The translations under genes were made by a program, and so were the position numbers. A stretch of DNA of 61,728 bases from Candidatus Desulfaltia bathyphila (GTDB lineage: Bacteria > Desulfobacterota > Desulfobacteria > Desulfobacterales > ETH-SRB1): NCBI GenBank assembly GCA_014381545.1, contig JACNLL010000024.1, positions 1 to 61,728 of the forward strand, read 5' to 3'. The notes beneath the pieces are model-generated. The model saw only the letters and a program-made list of their open reading frames with translations, did not search any database and was not told the DNA's origin. Shown here piece after piece: positions 21,887 to 31,873 of this stretch (position 1 is the stretch's first letter; every line of letters begins with the position of its first letter).

Positions 21887-23641
21887 TCAATTAAACATTT
21901 CATCAAAATATACTAAAGATTTCTTTGGAGGCAAAAACCCTTTACTTTTTACAGCATCCTGAAGATCGGCCTTTGAATCTTCATCCATCCACCAGTACCA
22001 GTAGGCGCTGCTTTCATTTCCGTATTTTGATAAAACAGTATCCGGCGTCCCGAATTTATTCCAGTAAAGAAGCCTTACATAATTGATATTCCACAAAAGC
22101 ACATACGGATAAGCATTATAAATAATCTGATCAATTTGCCGGTATATTTCATTCCGCTTTGTTATATCAAAAATAGACTTCTGTTTTTCTATAAGCTTAT
22201 CTACCAGCGGGTTTTTAAAGCCCGTAATATTGTTTCCCGCCTTCCTGTCAGCCTCTTTTGACGACCACATGCTCTCCGGGTCTTTAAAAATACCTGATCC
22301 CCACGCAGCCCATGTCATCTGAAAATTATATTCATCCATATCCCTTGCCCACGCGGCCCAGTCCTTTTTGTCGATGACAAGCTCTATCCCAATATCTTTC
22401 AGGTCTTCGGCATATATTGCAAGGAACTTCTCGGAAGAAGCGCTTCTGGTTAAAAATTTAAAGGCAAATACTATCCCGTCTTTTTCAAGCAATCCGGTTT
22501 TTGGATTCACCTCCCACCCAGCCTGCCTGAGAAGATTTCTGGCATTTTCTTTGTCCATCTCAACCGACTGGTTCGGGCATGGATGCTCTTTTGTATATAG
22601 ATCTTCAAAATATGATTTATGAAGAAAGTACTGGCCGTACATCAGGGCTGCGTTCATTTTTCTTCTGTCAAGAAGAAGCGCCATTGCCTTGCGAACCCTG
22701 GTGTCATCAAAAGGCGGCCTTCTCATATTCATTGCAAATCCCTGGAAACCGATCGGGTGATGATTATAGATCTTTTGCTTTGTTATCCGGTTTTTTAAAA
22801 AATTGTCCCCTTTGGTTTCATTAACCCATATCCTGGCGGTATATATGGGGAAAAGATCGATCATGCCCTTTTTAAATGCCTCGAATGCATTTTCCCTTTC
22901 AGCAAAGAACTTGAATTTCATTGATTGAAAGTTCCCTGTCCCCTTAGATCTTTTGGAGCTTATATCCCACCAGTCTTCACGGCGCTTTAAAGCAATATAA
23001 ATTCCTTCATTGATCTCTCCAAGTTTGTAACGACCGGAAACTACAGGAAACTCAAAATTGAGCTTGTTGAAATTCTTGTCTTCGTATGCATGCTTGCAAA
23101 GAATATGAAAACCCCCTGCAACGCCAAGATTTTTCCAGTGAACAGTTTTAGCAGTAAAACGTATCGTGTGTTTATTGATCACGACAGGAGGCTGAAAACG
23201 CTCCATGTCCAATTTGTGCGGGCCTGTGAGGTTTTTTGGATCCATTATGGCATCATAAGTCCATTTTACATCATGTGCGGTTATTGCGGCGCCGTCGCTC
23301 CATCTGGCCCTTTTGTCAATATAAAAGGTAAAGCTCTTTTTATCGTCAGCTATCAACCAGTTTTCAGCAAGGCCCGGTTCATACTCCAGCGTAACAGGAT
23401 TTATGGACAGCAAAGACTCGAACATGGCTCCAAATATCTCCGCAGACAAAACATTGTTATCGAGGTAGTAATTGAGGCTTTTCGGGTACTGACCTGCAAA
23501 TATGGAAATCTCGCCTCCTGGCACAGCATACCTGCTTGCGAGCGGATTCAATTTATCTGACCAGCCTTTTTTGGGAAACGGTTCACCTGCAATGGAAGGG
23601 ACAGCTAAAAATAAAATAAGAATAAATATTAATTTTTTCAT
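21887..23641 (-). CDS. ABC transporter peptide-binding protein (family 5, YejA-like)
   Basis: Signal peptide, P.SLNY, ITAHDVKWT, FNMRRPPF-like and DTRVRKAM motifs. Confidence 0.85.
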   Translation of the reverse strand: MKKLIFILILFLAVPSIAGEPFPKKGWSDKLNPLASRYAVPGGEISIFAGQYPKSLNYYLDNNVLSAEIFGAMFESLLSINPVTLEYEPGLAENWLIADDKKSFTFYIDKRARWSDGAAITAHDVKWTYDAIMDPKNLTGPHKLDMERFQPPVVINKHTIRFTAKTVHWKNLGVAGGFHILCKHAYEDKNFNKLNFEFPVVSGRYKLGEINEGIYIALKRREDWWDISSKRSKGTGNFQSMKFKFFAERENAFEAFKKGMIDLFPIYTARIWVNETKGDNFLKNRITKQKIYNHHPIGFQGFAMNMRRPPFDDTRVRKAMALLLDRRKMNAALMYGQYFLHKSYFEDLYTKEHPCPNQSVEMDKENARNLLRQAGWEVNPKTGLLEKDGIVFAFKFLTRSASSEKFLAIYAEDLKDIGIELVIDKKDWAAWARDMDEYNFQMTWAAWGSGIFKDPESMWSSKEADRKAGNNITGFKNPLVDKLIEKQKSIFDITKRNEIYRQIDQIIYNAYPYVLLWNINYVRLLYWNKFGTPDTVLSKYGNESSAYWYWWMDEDSKADLQDAVKSKGFLPPKKSLVYFDEMFN

Positions 23642-24471
23642 CCCAATTCTTTTAGCACATCAATCATCGTAAACATCCTCCCCTTGGCCCCCTCTTCTAT
23701 TCTTTTGTAAAGATAGGAAATGGCATCAAGGGTTCCTTTAGCATATATATCACGACCGTTTACGTTGTGTGTAAATTCAAAGCGCACTGTCTGGTCTTCT
23801 GAAATCAGGGTATATGTGTGCCATCCGTGCCCTGAAAGATATTCTTCCGAAATGCCCCACTTTACTTTTTGAGTTTCGGGGTCACGCTCCATTATAATTT
23901 CTTCTTCGTTAAAAGGCATGCCAAATTCATTAAAATACCTTATCATTGCCTTGGCGGTTCCGCTGGTGTCTGCCTTGCCTTTCTGATGACTTTCCTTGAC
24001 CTGGAGCGAATATCCTTTGAAAAGATCGGGAAATGATTTTGCCCCATACTCCATCATGGCCTGGAAACCAACTATCTGTTTTGCCATGTTAGGCGCTACT
24101 ACAGCGGGAATGGAAGATTTTTTTATCGTATCTTCAAGAAGCTTTCTGTCACCTCCTGTAGTGCCCATCACAAAGGGAAGGTTGTGTTTGCAGTAAAACT
24201 CTGCATTGCCGTTTACGGCCAGAGGATGTGTATAATCCACGCTAACAAAGAAACCCCCCGTGTCAACTATTTCGGTTATAGCCTGGTTCCTTTTTTCCGG
24301 CTGGATAAGGGTTATGCTTAAAGAATCTATAACATATTGAGTCTCAGCGATTTCAGGGCCGGTAAAAGAGTATGAGATAAGTTCAAATTTCTCGTCATCA
24401 AGGACATGTTTTGCCACATTCACCGCCATGTTGCCTGGAATGCCGTTTACCATGATTTTCATCCTGTTCAT
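23638..24471 (-). CDS. dapB: 4-hydroxy-tetrahydrodipicolinate reductase (plant-like subtype)
   Basis: VNGIPGNM, FVMGTTG, ESHQ..KADTSGTAK motifs. Confidence 0.88.
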   Translation of the reverse strand: MNRMKIMVNGIPGNMAVNVAKHVLDDEKFELISYSFTGPEIAETQYVIDSLSITLIQPEKRNQAITEIVDTGGFFVSVDYTHPLAVNGNAEFYCKHNLPFVMGTTGGDRKLLEDTIKKSSIPAVVAPNMAKQIVGFQAMMEYGAKSFPDLFKGYSLQVKESHQKGKADTSGTAKAMIRYFNEFGMPFNEEEIIMERDPETQKVKWGISEEYLSGHGWHTYTLISEDQTVRFEFTHNVNGRDIYAKGTLDAISYLYKRIEEGAKGRMFTMIDVLKELG

Positions 24472-24504
24472 TTTGCTTCCCCCTTGTTTTTTAAGGAATT
24501 CATC

Positions 24505-24566
24505 AAGTGTTAGGTGTTAAGATAAAACATTTAATTGTCACATCAAGCTCTTAACACCTAACACTT
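24505..24566. repeat. 17-bp perfect inverted repeat built of heptamer units
   Basis: AAGTGTTAGGTGTTAAG (24505-24521) vs CTTAACACCTAACACTT (24550-24566). Confidence 0.75.
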
Positions 24567-24572
24567 AACACG

Positions 24573-24607
24573 TTTCGTAAAAAGTGGTTTTTTGACTTTT
24601 CACGAAA
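24573..24607. repeat. CGTAAAAAGT...ACTTTT(T)ACG palindromic repeat family, degenerate copy
   Basis: TTTCGTAAAAAGT...GACTTTTCACGAAA; related to 28982-29043; overlaps stop of the upstream-strand CDS. Confidence 0.6.
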
Positions 24608-26276
24608 TCACTGATTTTAACCGTGGGAATTGTGTATCTTCAACAGCCGACAGGTTATATTTCAAACTCTCTGTTGCTGTTGGAATAAATTGCTCAAAGT
24701 AAGTTTTCCCCTTAACTTGGCTTAAATACCCGAACGCACCCAGTATTTGAAGGTTTCTTGTTATTGCGCAATACTGATAACACAAACAAAACCTCTTCTT
24801 GTCAATATGAATATATGATGAAAGCTCATCAACACAATAATCAAGCAGTTGATCCTGCACATGACGGGAAAGCGCCACGTATGGATCAATCAACAGAGAT
24901 GCAAGATCATACTGAATCGGGCCTGTTCTGCCGCCCTGGAAGTCGATAAAATAAGGCTTTCCGTCTTTAATCATGATGTTTCTGGACTGAAAGTCCCTGT
25001 GCATAAATCCATTAACTGAAAATTCAAGCGTCTTATCGGCAAGCAATATAAACTCATCCTCAAAATCATTATAGCATGTATTGAGCTTAAGATATCTTCT
25101 TAAAAAGGCGTCAACAAAGTAGCGGCATTCATTTTCAAGAATAACCTCTTTGTTATAATATGGTGTCTGGTAAGTCCAGGATCGATCAAATTGTTTAACA
25201 CCGAAAACCGACATCTTTATAAGAAGCTTTATAATTGTTTTATAATAAGACAGAATCTGTTTTAAGTTTTTGCCTGCTTTAACGACTGCCTGAAGATTGG
25301 CATCGCCTAAATCTTCCAGAAAAACAATCCCTGAAAAAGTATCATATAAATATATCCTTGGCACAGCTATTCCTTTATCGTACAGATGACAGCCGATTAA
25401 AACAAACGAATCTATCTCAAAGGTTCCGGGCTCTTTTCTGATGCCGTGGTCAACCATAACAAGGGATCGACCTGCTGCGGTCAGCCTGTACCACTTTCTG
25501 TCCGAACCATCCCCTTTCAGTTTTGAGCATTCTATTTTTTTGCACACACAGCCCGGAAAAGCCTGCTTAAAAGCTTGGGGCGCCATCTTGTCAAAAACCG
25601 TTTCTTTATATCTTTCGGGTGTTCCGATATCCTTCCAGTAATATTTTTTTGAGATATAAGCCTTTATCTTTTTGCCTGATAATATTAACTTCCTGTACAC
25701 ATCGATACTGCTTGAAAAGACTCTATCCGGTATAAGTTCAAGAATTTCAGGATCGAGAACCTGTATCCCTGTAAAGGTTAGTTTCCTTGTGTGATCTGGT
25801 TTTGCTTCTTTTACCTGATTCTGAATACCTGTGATAAAATCGTTTTTATCCACCCATACATTGTTAAACTCCGCGCAATCATGAAGAACCAATGTTGCCT
25901 GATGGTTATGACTTAAGTGGAAATCATATACCTTCCGCAGATCAATATCTGTGACAATGTCGCTGTTTATAACCATAAAGGGTTGATTATCCCAGAAATC
26001 AGCCGCATTCTTTATCGCTCCCGCCGTACCGAGAATCACCGGTTCGTAACGGGTACATACAGGTATGGCATATTGTTGTGATGCTAAAAAGGAATCTATT
26101 TCTTTATACAGATGATGGGTATTTATGATAACGGCCTTACAACCTGCGGACTGAAGGCTGTGAATTATGATATCCAGTAAAGGATGACCTGAAATAGTAA
26201 ACAGAGGTTTGGGTGTGAATTCGGTAAAGGGAAGAAGCCGCGTGCCTAGGCCGGCGGCAAGTATCATCGCCTTCAT
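24600..26276 (-). CDS. MurU-like nucleotidyltransferase fused to AmgK-like sugar kinase
   Basis: N-term MILAAGLGTRL.P.T..TPKPL; C-term GDGSDRKWYR, EDLGD, HRDFQSRNIM, IDFQ, YDLASLL. Confidence 0.85.
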   Translation of the reverse strand: MKAMILAAGLGTRLLPFTEFTPKPLFTISGHPLLDIIIHSLQSAGCKAVIINTHHLYKEIDSFLASQQYAIPVCTRYEPVILGTAGAIKNAADFWDNQPFMVINSDIVTDIDLRKVYDFHLSHNHQATLVLHDCAEFNNVWVDKNDFITGIQNQVKEAKPDHTRKLTFTGIQVLDPEILELIPDRVFSSSIDVYRKLILSGKKIKAYISKKYYWKDIGTPERYKETVFDKMAPQAFKQAFPGCVCKKIECSKLKGDGSDRKWYRLTAAGRSLVMVDHGIRKEPGTFEIDSFVLIGCHLYDKGIAVPRIYLYDTFSGIVFLEDLGDANLQAVVKAGKNLKQILSYYKTIIKLLIKMSVFGVKQFDRSWTYQTPYYNKEVILENECRYFVDAFLRRYLKLNTCYNDFEDEFILLADKTLEFSVNGFMHRDFQSRNIMIKDGKPYFIDFQGGRTGPIQYDLASLLIDPYVALSRHVQDQLLDYCVDELSSYIHIDKKRFCLCYQYCAITRNLQILGAFGYLSQVKGKTYFEQFIPTATESLKYNLSAVEDTQFPRLKSVIS

Positions 26277-26300
26277 AAAGGCCTCATTGTCTCGCTATGA

Positions 26301-28934
26301 CTAAAGATAATTCAGATAGCGCTGTATTGCTTTGGTATAATATTCTATCTTCTCAGTATCCTGCGAAGATTTAACTCCATGGGTAATAAAATAATCTACG
26401 GCATTTTTATAGTTGATTTTTGAAAGGGCTTCTTTGCGCTCAATTTCTCTTTTTTTATACATACGATTACCGGTGGCCTGTATTTTTTTCAAGACATCCT
26501 TTGTATTAGGCGAACTATTCGATAGCCGCCTTAAGTGCTTCAAAACTATCAGGTATGATTCAAAATATGTTTTTAGAAAGCCGGAAAACAGCTTCAGCTT
26601 TCTAAAGCCAGACGATGTCAGGTTATATGTGTCCGGCAGTGTCGGATGAGGTATTAACACAGCTTCATCAATAAATGCCTTTATATTTTTCCGAATAAAA
26701 TATTCTGATGTTTTGTCTACATTATATGCAAATTCATTTTTAAAGAACCCCTGAAGAAAATTATATCCAGAGTTAAGGTCGGATGCAGAAAACTGAAATG
26801 CATCCTTTTCTAAAATCGCAAGAGCTGTAAACGCCGCAGGAATAAAAAATGCAATGCAGTTGTTTTTATAATATTCCAGAATCGGTCTCTTGTTTTCATT
26901 TACCATAAATTGTGCGCCGGCAAATCGGCCTTCCATATTCTTTGAAGTCTGCGTAATGAATTTTCTGTTAAGATAAGCATCAATAACCTGTTCAACAGCA
27001 TAAACATGGTCAAGCAAAAGAGTGTCCGCCAACTCGACTTCCTGTGACAACAGGTAATTCATATAGGTTCCCACATGTGACATAAAATGTTCATAAGTAA
27101 ATCTTTTCTTGGAACAATTCAGAAGCGCGCTTGCGACAAGACCATGCGAAGTCACTACTGAAACATTATTTATGGCATTTATGATCCTGAACCCAAGATT
27201 ACGGGTCAGCGCATTCCGCTCCTTTGATGTCACATCCTGGATCGAAATATTGTCTTGTGATAAAAGCTCATTGAGCGAGATGGGCTGGTGAAATTTAACA
27301 TATATTTTTCCATACCTTTTTTTAAGCAGTTTTCTTGCCTTAATGATCTGCAATAAATTTTCCGGCTGTTTTTGTCCCCCTTCAATTTCGTTAAGATATG
27401 CGCTCTCCTCCATGACTCTGTCATACCCGATATAAATAGGCACGAATATCATGTCATCACATGCCCCGTCTTTATATGCGCTGATCAAAATGGAAAGCAG
27501 CCCCAACTTGGGCAGTATCAATTTGCCGGTTCTACTTCTGCCGCCTTCGATAAAAAATTCTATATTAAATCCTTCCTCAAGAAGTTTATAAATATATTCT
27601 ACAAAAACCTTTGAATAAAGCACGGCCCCTTTAAACGTTCGCCTGATAAAAAATGCGCCTGACCCTCTGAATATGGAGCCCATGGGCCAGAAAGAAAGAT
27701 TTTTGCCGGCGGCAACAAGCGGGCAGGGCATATTGTTGGCATAAAGAATATATGACAGTATCAGGTAATCTATGTGACTCTTGTGGCAGGGAATCAGAAT
27801 TAACGGCCCCTTTTTTGACATGCTTTTTACCTTGTTCAGCATATCCATATTGACCGAAACCCCTTCAAATATTGCATTTACAACCCATCCGATCAATCCC
27901 GCAAAGATCTTGATTATTACCATATTGTATTTGGCGGCAATTTCTTCAAGATATTTATTTGCCTTTTTATGTACCTGCTGAATCGGCACATTACGCTTTT
28001 TCGAATAATTTTCCATAAAGCTTTGAAGACGATCATTTGTCAGAATGCTTTCCTTAAGCTCTTCCCTTGATTTCAGGGTAGGCCCGATAGTACTCTGGCG
28101 ATGGCGATTTATCTGAAGCAAAAGATTGCGTCTTAACACAAGCGACTGATATTCAATGCCACGCTGCCGGATTTGCTCAGCTTCTAAAAAATGCTTTAAA
28201 TTAATTGGTTCAGATATTTCCATAAATACCTTCTCCGGATTTTTGAACAAAGCAACCAGGCGCCTTATTTTCCCGGGTTTTTCTTCAGTGCCGAACAGGA
28301 TGTCTGTTATTGTGGGAGTAGATTTATGCGGATTTTTACTGAAAAATATCAATTGGGGAACTATAAAAATCGGCCTGTCACCTATTTCAACAGATTGCTG
28401 TATTTCGATAAGATATTGCAATGGGTCTGTCTTTTGTTTAACAAATCTGCGGTAAAAGCCCTTTTTTTCAACGAGAGACAGTAGGCCTGACCTGCCGCTT
28501 ATCAGTTCCTGCTTAATATATCCGCTTGCATAAGGATCGGGCAGAGACAGGTTGCTGAATATATAATCAAGATATGATAAAAAAATCCTCAGTATGCGCG
28601 AGACAGGCTGCCATATAACCACTTTATAATCAAAACCTATTTCAGGAAAGGCAAGTGCGTCCTGCTTATAGCGCGTATAATAAAAAAGATACTCAAAATA
28701 GCTTTTATATTTAGTAACATAAACAACAATCCCTTCCTTCTGTAGGTTTTTAAGCGCAAGAACTTGTTGCTTGTTAATCTTAATGCCTGAAAAGAAAAGT
28801 TTCAGGATCCAGGAGGAAAAAAAACCTGTCTTTCCCGGCAAAAAACAAAGGTAGTGATTGTGTGCGCCACGAAGGGCTTTATCGATCCAACCTCTTACCC
28901 TGTTTTTTAATTGTATCCATCTATATTTTATCAT
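26301..28934 (-). CDS. plsB: Glycerol-3-phosphate acyltransferase (PlsB-like)
   Basis: PCHKSHIDYL, GAFFIRR, FFIEGGRSRTGK acyltransferase motifs. Confidence 0.88.
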   Translation of the reverse strand: MIKYRWIQLKNRVRGWIDKALRGAHNHYLCFLPGKTGFFSSWILKLFFSGIKINKQQVLALKNLQKEGIVVYVTKYKSYFEYLFYYTRYKQDALAFPEIGFDYKVVIWQPVSRILRIFLSYLDYIFSNLSLPDPYASGYIKQELISGRSGLLSLVEKKGFYRRFVKQKTDPLQYLIEIQQSVEIGDRPIFIVPQLIFFSKNPHKSTPTITDILFGTEEKPGKIRRLVALFKNPEKVFMEISEPINLKHFLEAEQIRQRGIEYQSLVLRRNLLLQINRHRQSTIGPTLKSREELKESILTNDRLQSFMENYSKKRNVPIQQVHKKANKYLEEIAAKYNMVIIKIFAGLIGWVVNAIFEGVSVNMDMLNKVKSMSKKGPLILIPCHKSHIDYLILSYILYANNMPCPLVAAGKNLSFWPMGSIFRGSGAFFIRRTFKGAVLYSKVFVEYIYKLLEEGFNIEFFIEGGRSRTGKLILPKLGLLSILISAYKDGACDDMIFVPIYIGYDRVMEESAYLNEIEGGQKQPENLLQIIKARKLLKKRYGKIYVKFHQPISLNELLSQDNISIQDVTSKERNALTRNLGFRIINAINNVSVVTSHGLVASALLNCSKKRFTYEHFMSHVGTYMNYLLSQEVELADTLLLDHVYAVEQVIDAYLNRKFITQTSKNMEGRFAGAQFMVNENKRPILEYYKNNCIAFFIPAAFTALAILEKDAFQFSASDLNSGYNFLQGFFKNEFAYNVDKTSEYFIRKNIKAFIDEAVLIPHPTLPDTYNLTSSGFRKLKLFSGFLKTYFESYLIVLKHLRRLSNSSPNTKDVLKKIQATGNRMYKKREIERKEALSKINYKNAVDYFITHGVKSSQDTEKIEYYTKAIQRYLNYL

Positions 28935-28981
28935 TGTTTGTTTAATGACCTTTATAAATCCAAAACCATATTTATCTAAAA

Positions 28982-29043
28982 TTGATGACCTCGTAAAAAG
29001 TCCAAGATGTTACTATAGATGGGACTTTTTACGACGCCATCAA
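28982..29043. repeat. CGTAAAAAGTCC...GGACTTTTTACG palindromic repeat
   Basis: TTGATGACCTCGTAAAAAGTCC ... GGACTTTTTACGACGCCATCAA inverted arms. Confidence 0.75.
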
Positions 29044-29155
29044 AATTAAACTTGCGTTACTATATTTATTATGATAATTTTTAAAAATATATAATTCAAC
29101 AGAAAAAATTAAAACAACTTCTAATGCATTGTAATTTAATGGAGGATGGTTTTTC

Positions 29156-29440
29156 ATGAAAACACTAATTGGCGGAGCAATTGCGGTTGTATTAGGCATC
29201 ATCGGCATATCAATTTGGTGGAAACCTTTTTTACAACTTTTAGCCGGCGCTATCCCGATAATGCTTTTGTTGGGAGGCGGATTAGCTCTTTATCTTGGCT
29301 TTGATGAAGTCAAAGATTCCTGGCAGAAAGAGGATACAACGATAAGTAATGCACCAGATGTAGAAGATGTTGATAAATACAAACAGGAAATAGATGATCT
29401 GAAAAAAGAGATCGATACATTAAAGACAAAAGAAACATAG
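29156..29440 (+). CDS. Small two-TM membrane protein with coiled-coil tail, MamI-like pattern
   Basis: GGAGG RBS; G..G...WW....L.GA.P..L..G..AL..G pattern; acidic/basic coiled tail. Confidence 0.6.
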   Translation: MKTLIGGAIAVVLGIIGISIWWKPFLQLLAGAIPIMLLLGGGLALYLGFDEVKDSWQKEDTTISNAPDVEDVDKYKQEIDDLKKEIDTLKTKET

Positions 29441-29601
29441 TAAATTAAATCCCAATTGAGCGAAAAGCTCAATTGATAGTTGTCAGGGGCCAGGGATCGG
29501 GGATCAGCAAACCGATTTTTATAATAGCTCAACAGATGAGATATACTTCTTAGACCTACATCCTTACTGGCCTCTGAATACTGACCCCTGCCCCCTTTTT
29601 T

Positions 29602-30270
29602 CTACCTTCCTTTTTTTATAGCTGAGGTTGCAAGAAAGTCCGCCTTTTCATTCCCGTCAAAGCCGTCATGCCCTTTTACCTTAATTAGTTTCAGGTCGCC
29701 GAATTTTGAAATCAGTTTTTTAATTGAGTTTATAAGCTCCTTGTTTTTTCTTGCCTTCCAGCCAAGGGTAAGCACCCCGTGGGCATAGCTGCTGTCCGTA
29801 AAAACCCTCACAGGATAATCATAATGTTTTAATTCCAAAAGGGCTGTTTTAATTGCTTCAAGCTCCGCGATGTTGTTAGTTGCCTCTCCTATATTTCTTG
29901 ATATTTCCTTTTCATGATCTTTAAAACGCAGCAAAATTCCTATCCCTGAAGGGCCGGGATTACCGGAAGAAGCGCCGTCAGTATAGATGAAAATTGTATT
30001 ATCGCTTACTGTTTTTGCATCAAGCCCGGCCAGAGATTTCTTGCCTGGTCTATTTTTTTTATGCTCTTTCTTCTCAGGCTTTTCAGGTTGCAATGAATCA
30101 ACAGGCATAACCCCGTTTTCGTGGACCCAGTACTCATAGTCCTGGTCAAGCTGATACTTTATCAACACCTTGCCGCTTTTTAAAATCGGTTTGCCGTTTT
30201 GCCCTGTTGCCAGCCATACCTTATTTCCCTTAAATATCATCCGCTTCCAGTCTGTCTGCTCTTTCCCCAC
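29602..30270 (-). CDS. rnhA: Ribonuclease HI with N-terminal extension
   Basis: YTDGASSGNPG, TNNIAEL, TDSSY, KVKGH...GNEKAD. Confidence 0.9.
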   Translation of the reverse strand: MGKEQTDWKRMIFKGNKVWLATGQNGKPILKSGKVLIKYQLDQDYEYWVHENGVMPVDSLQPEKPEKKEHKKNRPGKKSLAGLDAKTVSDNTIFIYTDGASSGNPGPSGIGILLRFKDHEKEISRNIGEATNNIAELEAIKTALLELKHYDYPVRVFTDSSYAHGVLTLGWKARKNKELINSIKKLISKFGDLKLIKVKGHDGFDGNEKADFLATSAIKKGR

Positions 30271-30342
30271 GCCAGAACTCCTTCTGAAGTATAATTTTGA
30301 GTTTTTAATTTTTAATTATGAATGAAAAAAGTCCGATTTTAA

Positions 30343-30462
30343 TTGAAGAACCCTGCATCAAGCTGCAGGGAATCTTCGACTGTAAGGATTTTTGTCAATT
30401 TTTTGATTCGCTCGCTAACCCCGCAGCAAGCTGCAGAGAATGCGCTTGCTGTTGCAGTTCAA
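30343..30462. repeat. TTGAA...TTCAA miniature repeat family, copy B (long, two hairpins)
   Basis: TTGAAGAACCCTGCATCAAGCTGCAGGGAATCTTCGACTGTAAGG...CCCCGCAGCAAGCTGCAGAGAATGCGCTTGCTGTTGCAGTTCAA. Confidence 0.85.
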
Positions 30463-30569
30463 AATTCAACATTTAAAATTAACAATTCTTTAAATATTTT
30501 TCCGATTAATCTGAAACAGACTCGCAATAACGTGTTTTTTGAGTTTTACGAAGCCGTCATAATAAGTTA

Positions 30570-31766
30570 TTAGCTGTAAAGATAAAATCGGCGACTCTCC
30601 TTAACAAACTTATCTATGTCATCCTTCCAGGATGCCGCCATCTCATCAATGTCGTCAAAATTTTCTATTTGCATTCGTATCTCCTTGTCGCCGCTTATGA
30701 GATCAATCGGAAGTTTTTCAAATTCATACTCATACGGCGGAAGCTTCCATTTAAACCGATCCCTGTGATGAAAAATTACAGCCTGAAGCAACCTGAGTGT
30801 AGTTATATACGGCTGGTATTTATCCGGCTCAATTATATGTATCTGGAAACCATTGCATTGGCTTCCCCGCCATTTGTTTGATGTAGGTTCAAATACGGTT
30901 TTCCTCAGAACCACGCCCGACAACCCGCCTGAGCCAAGGGAGGATAAAACCTCTTCTGTATCGATAAACGGAGCCCCAAAAAGCTCAAAAGGCTGGGTTG
31001 TTCCCCTCCCTTCGGAGACATTGGTTCCTTCCCATAATACCTGACCCGGATAGACCATGGCAGATACCGGTGTCGGGAGGTTCGGTGATGGCGGAATCCA
31101 GGGAAGGCCCGTATCCCGGAAATACATATTTCTGCGCCACCCTTTCATGGGAATAACCTCCAAATCGCAGCCGATCTTGAAATAATTGTTAAACATAAGG
31201 GAAAGTTCACCGATAGTTAATCCGTATCGCATCGGTATCGGATATCGCCCGACAAATGACGCACATTCAGGAGACAGACAGTTTCCTTCCACCATTAAAC
31301 CGTTTATGGGATTCGGCCGGTCAAGAACCAGCGCCTTTTTACCGAACCTTTTGGCTGCTTCAAGGCAAAAAGCCATAGTGTAAATAAAAGTATAAACACG
31401 CGTTCCAACATCCTGCAGATCAATAATAAGAATGTCGATCAGATCGAACATTTTTTTAGTGGGAATTCGGGTTTTACCGTAAAGGCTGAAAACAGGAATT
31501 TTCAACAATGGGTCAATTATATCATCCGACTCGATCATGTTATCCTGTTTTTCCGCAAAAAATCCATGCTGCGGAGCAAACAATGCAGCAAGTCGGCCGG
31601 GAAATTGTTTGCTTATCAATTCACAGGCATGAAAAAACCTTGTGTCAACCGAAGCAAGATTACTTAAAAGCCCCAGGCGGTTTCCTTTTATCCATCCGGG
31701 CGGGCTTTCGATAAAGCTCTCAAGGCCGGTTTGAACTATAGCGGATTTAAAATTAAAAGATTCCAT
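30570..31766 (-). CDS. namZ: DUF1343 exo-beta-N-acetylmuramidase (NamZ family)
   Basis: ALFAPQHGF, DLQDVGTRVYTF, DRPNPING, PSPNLP, SEGRGT..PFE. Confidence 0.88.
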   Translation of the reverse strand: MESFNFKSAIVQTGLESFIESPPGWIKGNRLGLLSNLASVDTRFFHACELISKQFPGRLAALFAPQHGFFAEKQDNMIESDDIIDPLLKIPVFSLYGKTRIPTKKMFDLIDILIIDLQDVGTRVYTFIYTMAFCLEAAKRFGKKALVLDRPNPINGLMVEGNCLSPECASFVGRYPIPMRYGLTIGELSLMFNNYFKIGCDLEVIPMKGWRRNMYFRDTGLPWIPPSPNLPTPVSAMVYPGQVLWEGTNVSEGRGTTQPFELFGAPFIDTEEVLSSLGSGGLSGVVLRKTVFEPTSNKWRGSQCNGFQIHIIEPDKYQPYITTLRLLQAVIFHHRDRFKWKLPPYEYEFEKLPIDLISGDKEIRMQIENFDDIDEMAASWKDDIDKFVKESRRFYLYS

Positions 31767-31873
31767 ATAACCCTCATCAAAACAATGCTTATTATAGACA
31801 TATTTACGAAATTAACAATCCTTACTATCATAAATCAGATGACTTATGATAAAAACTATCATATAAATCTCTT

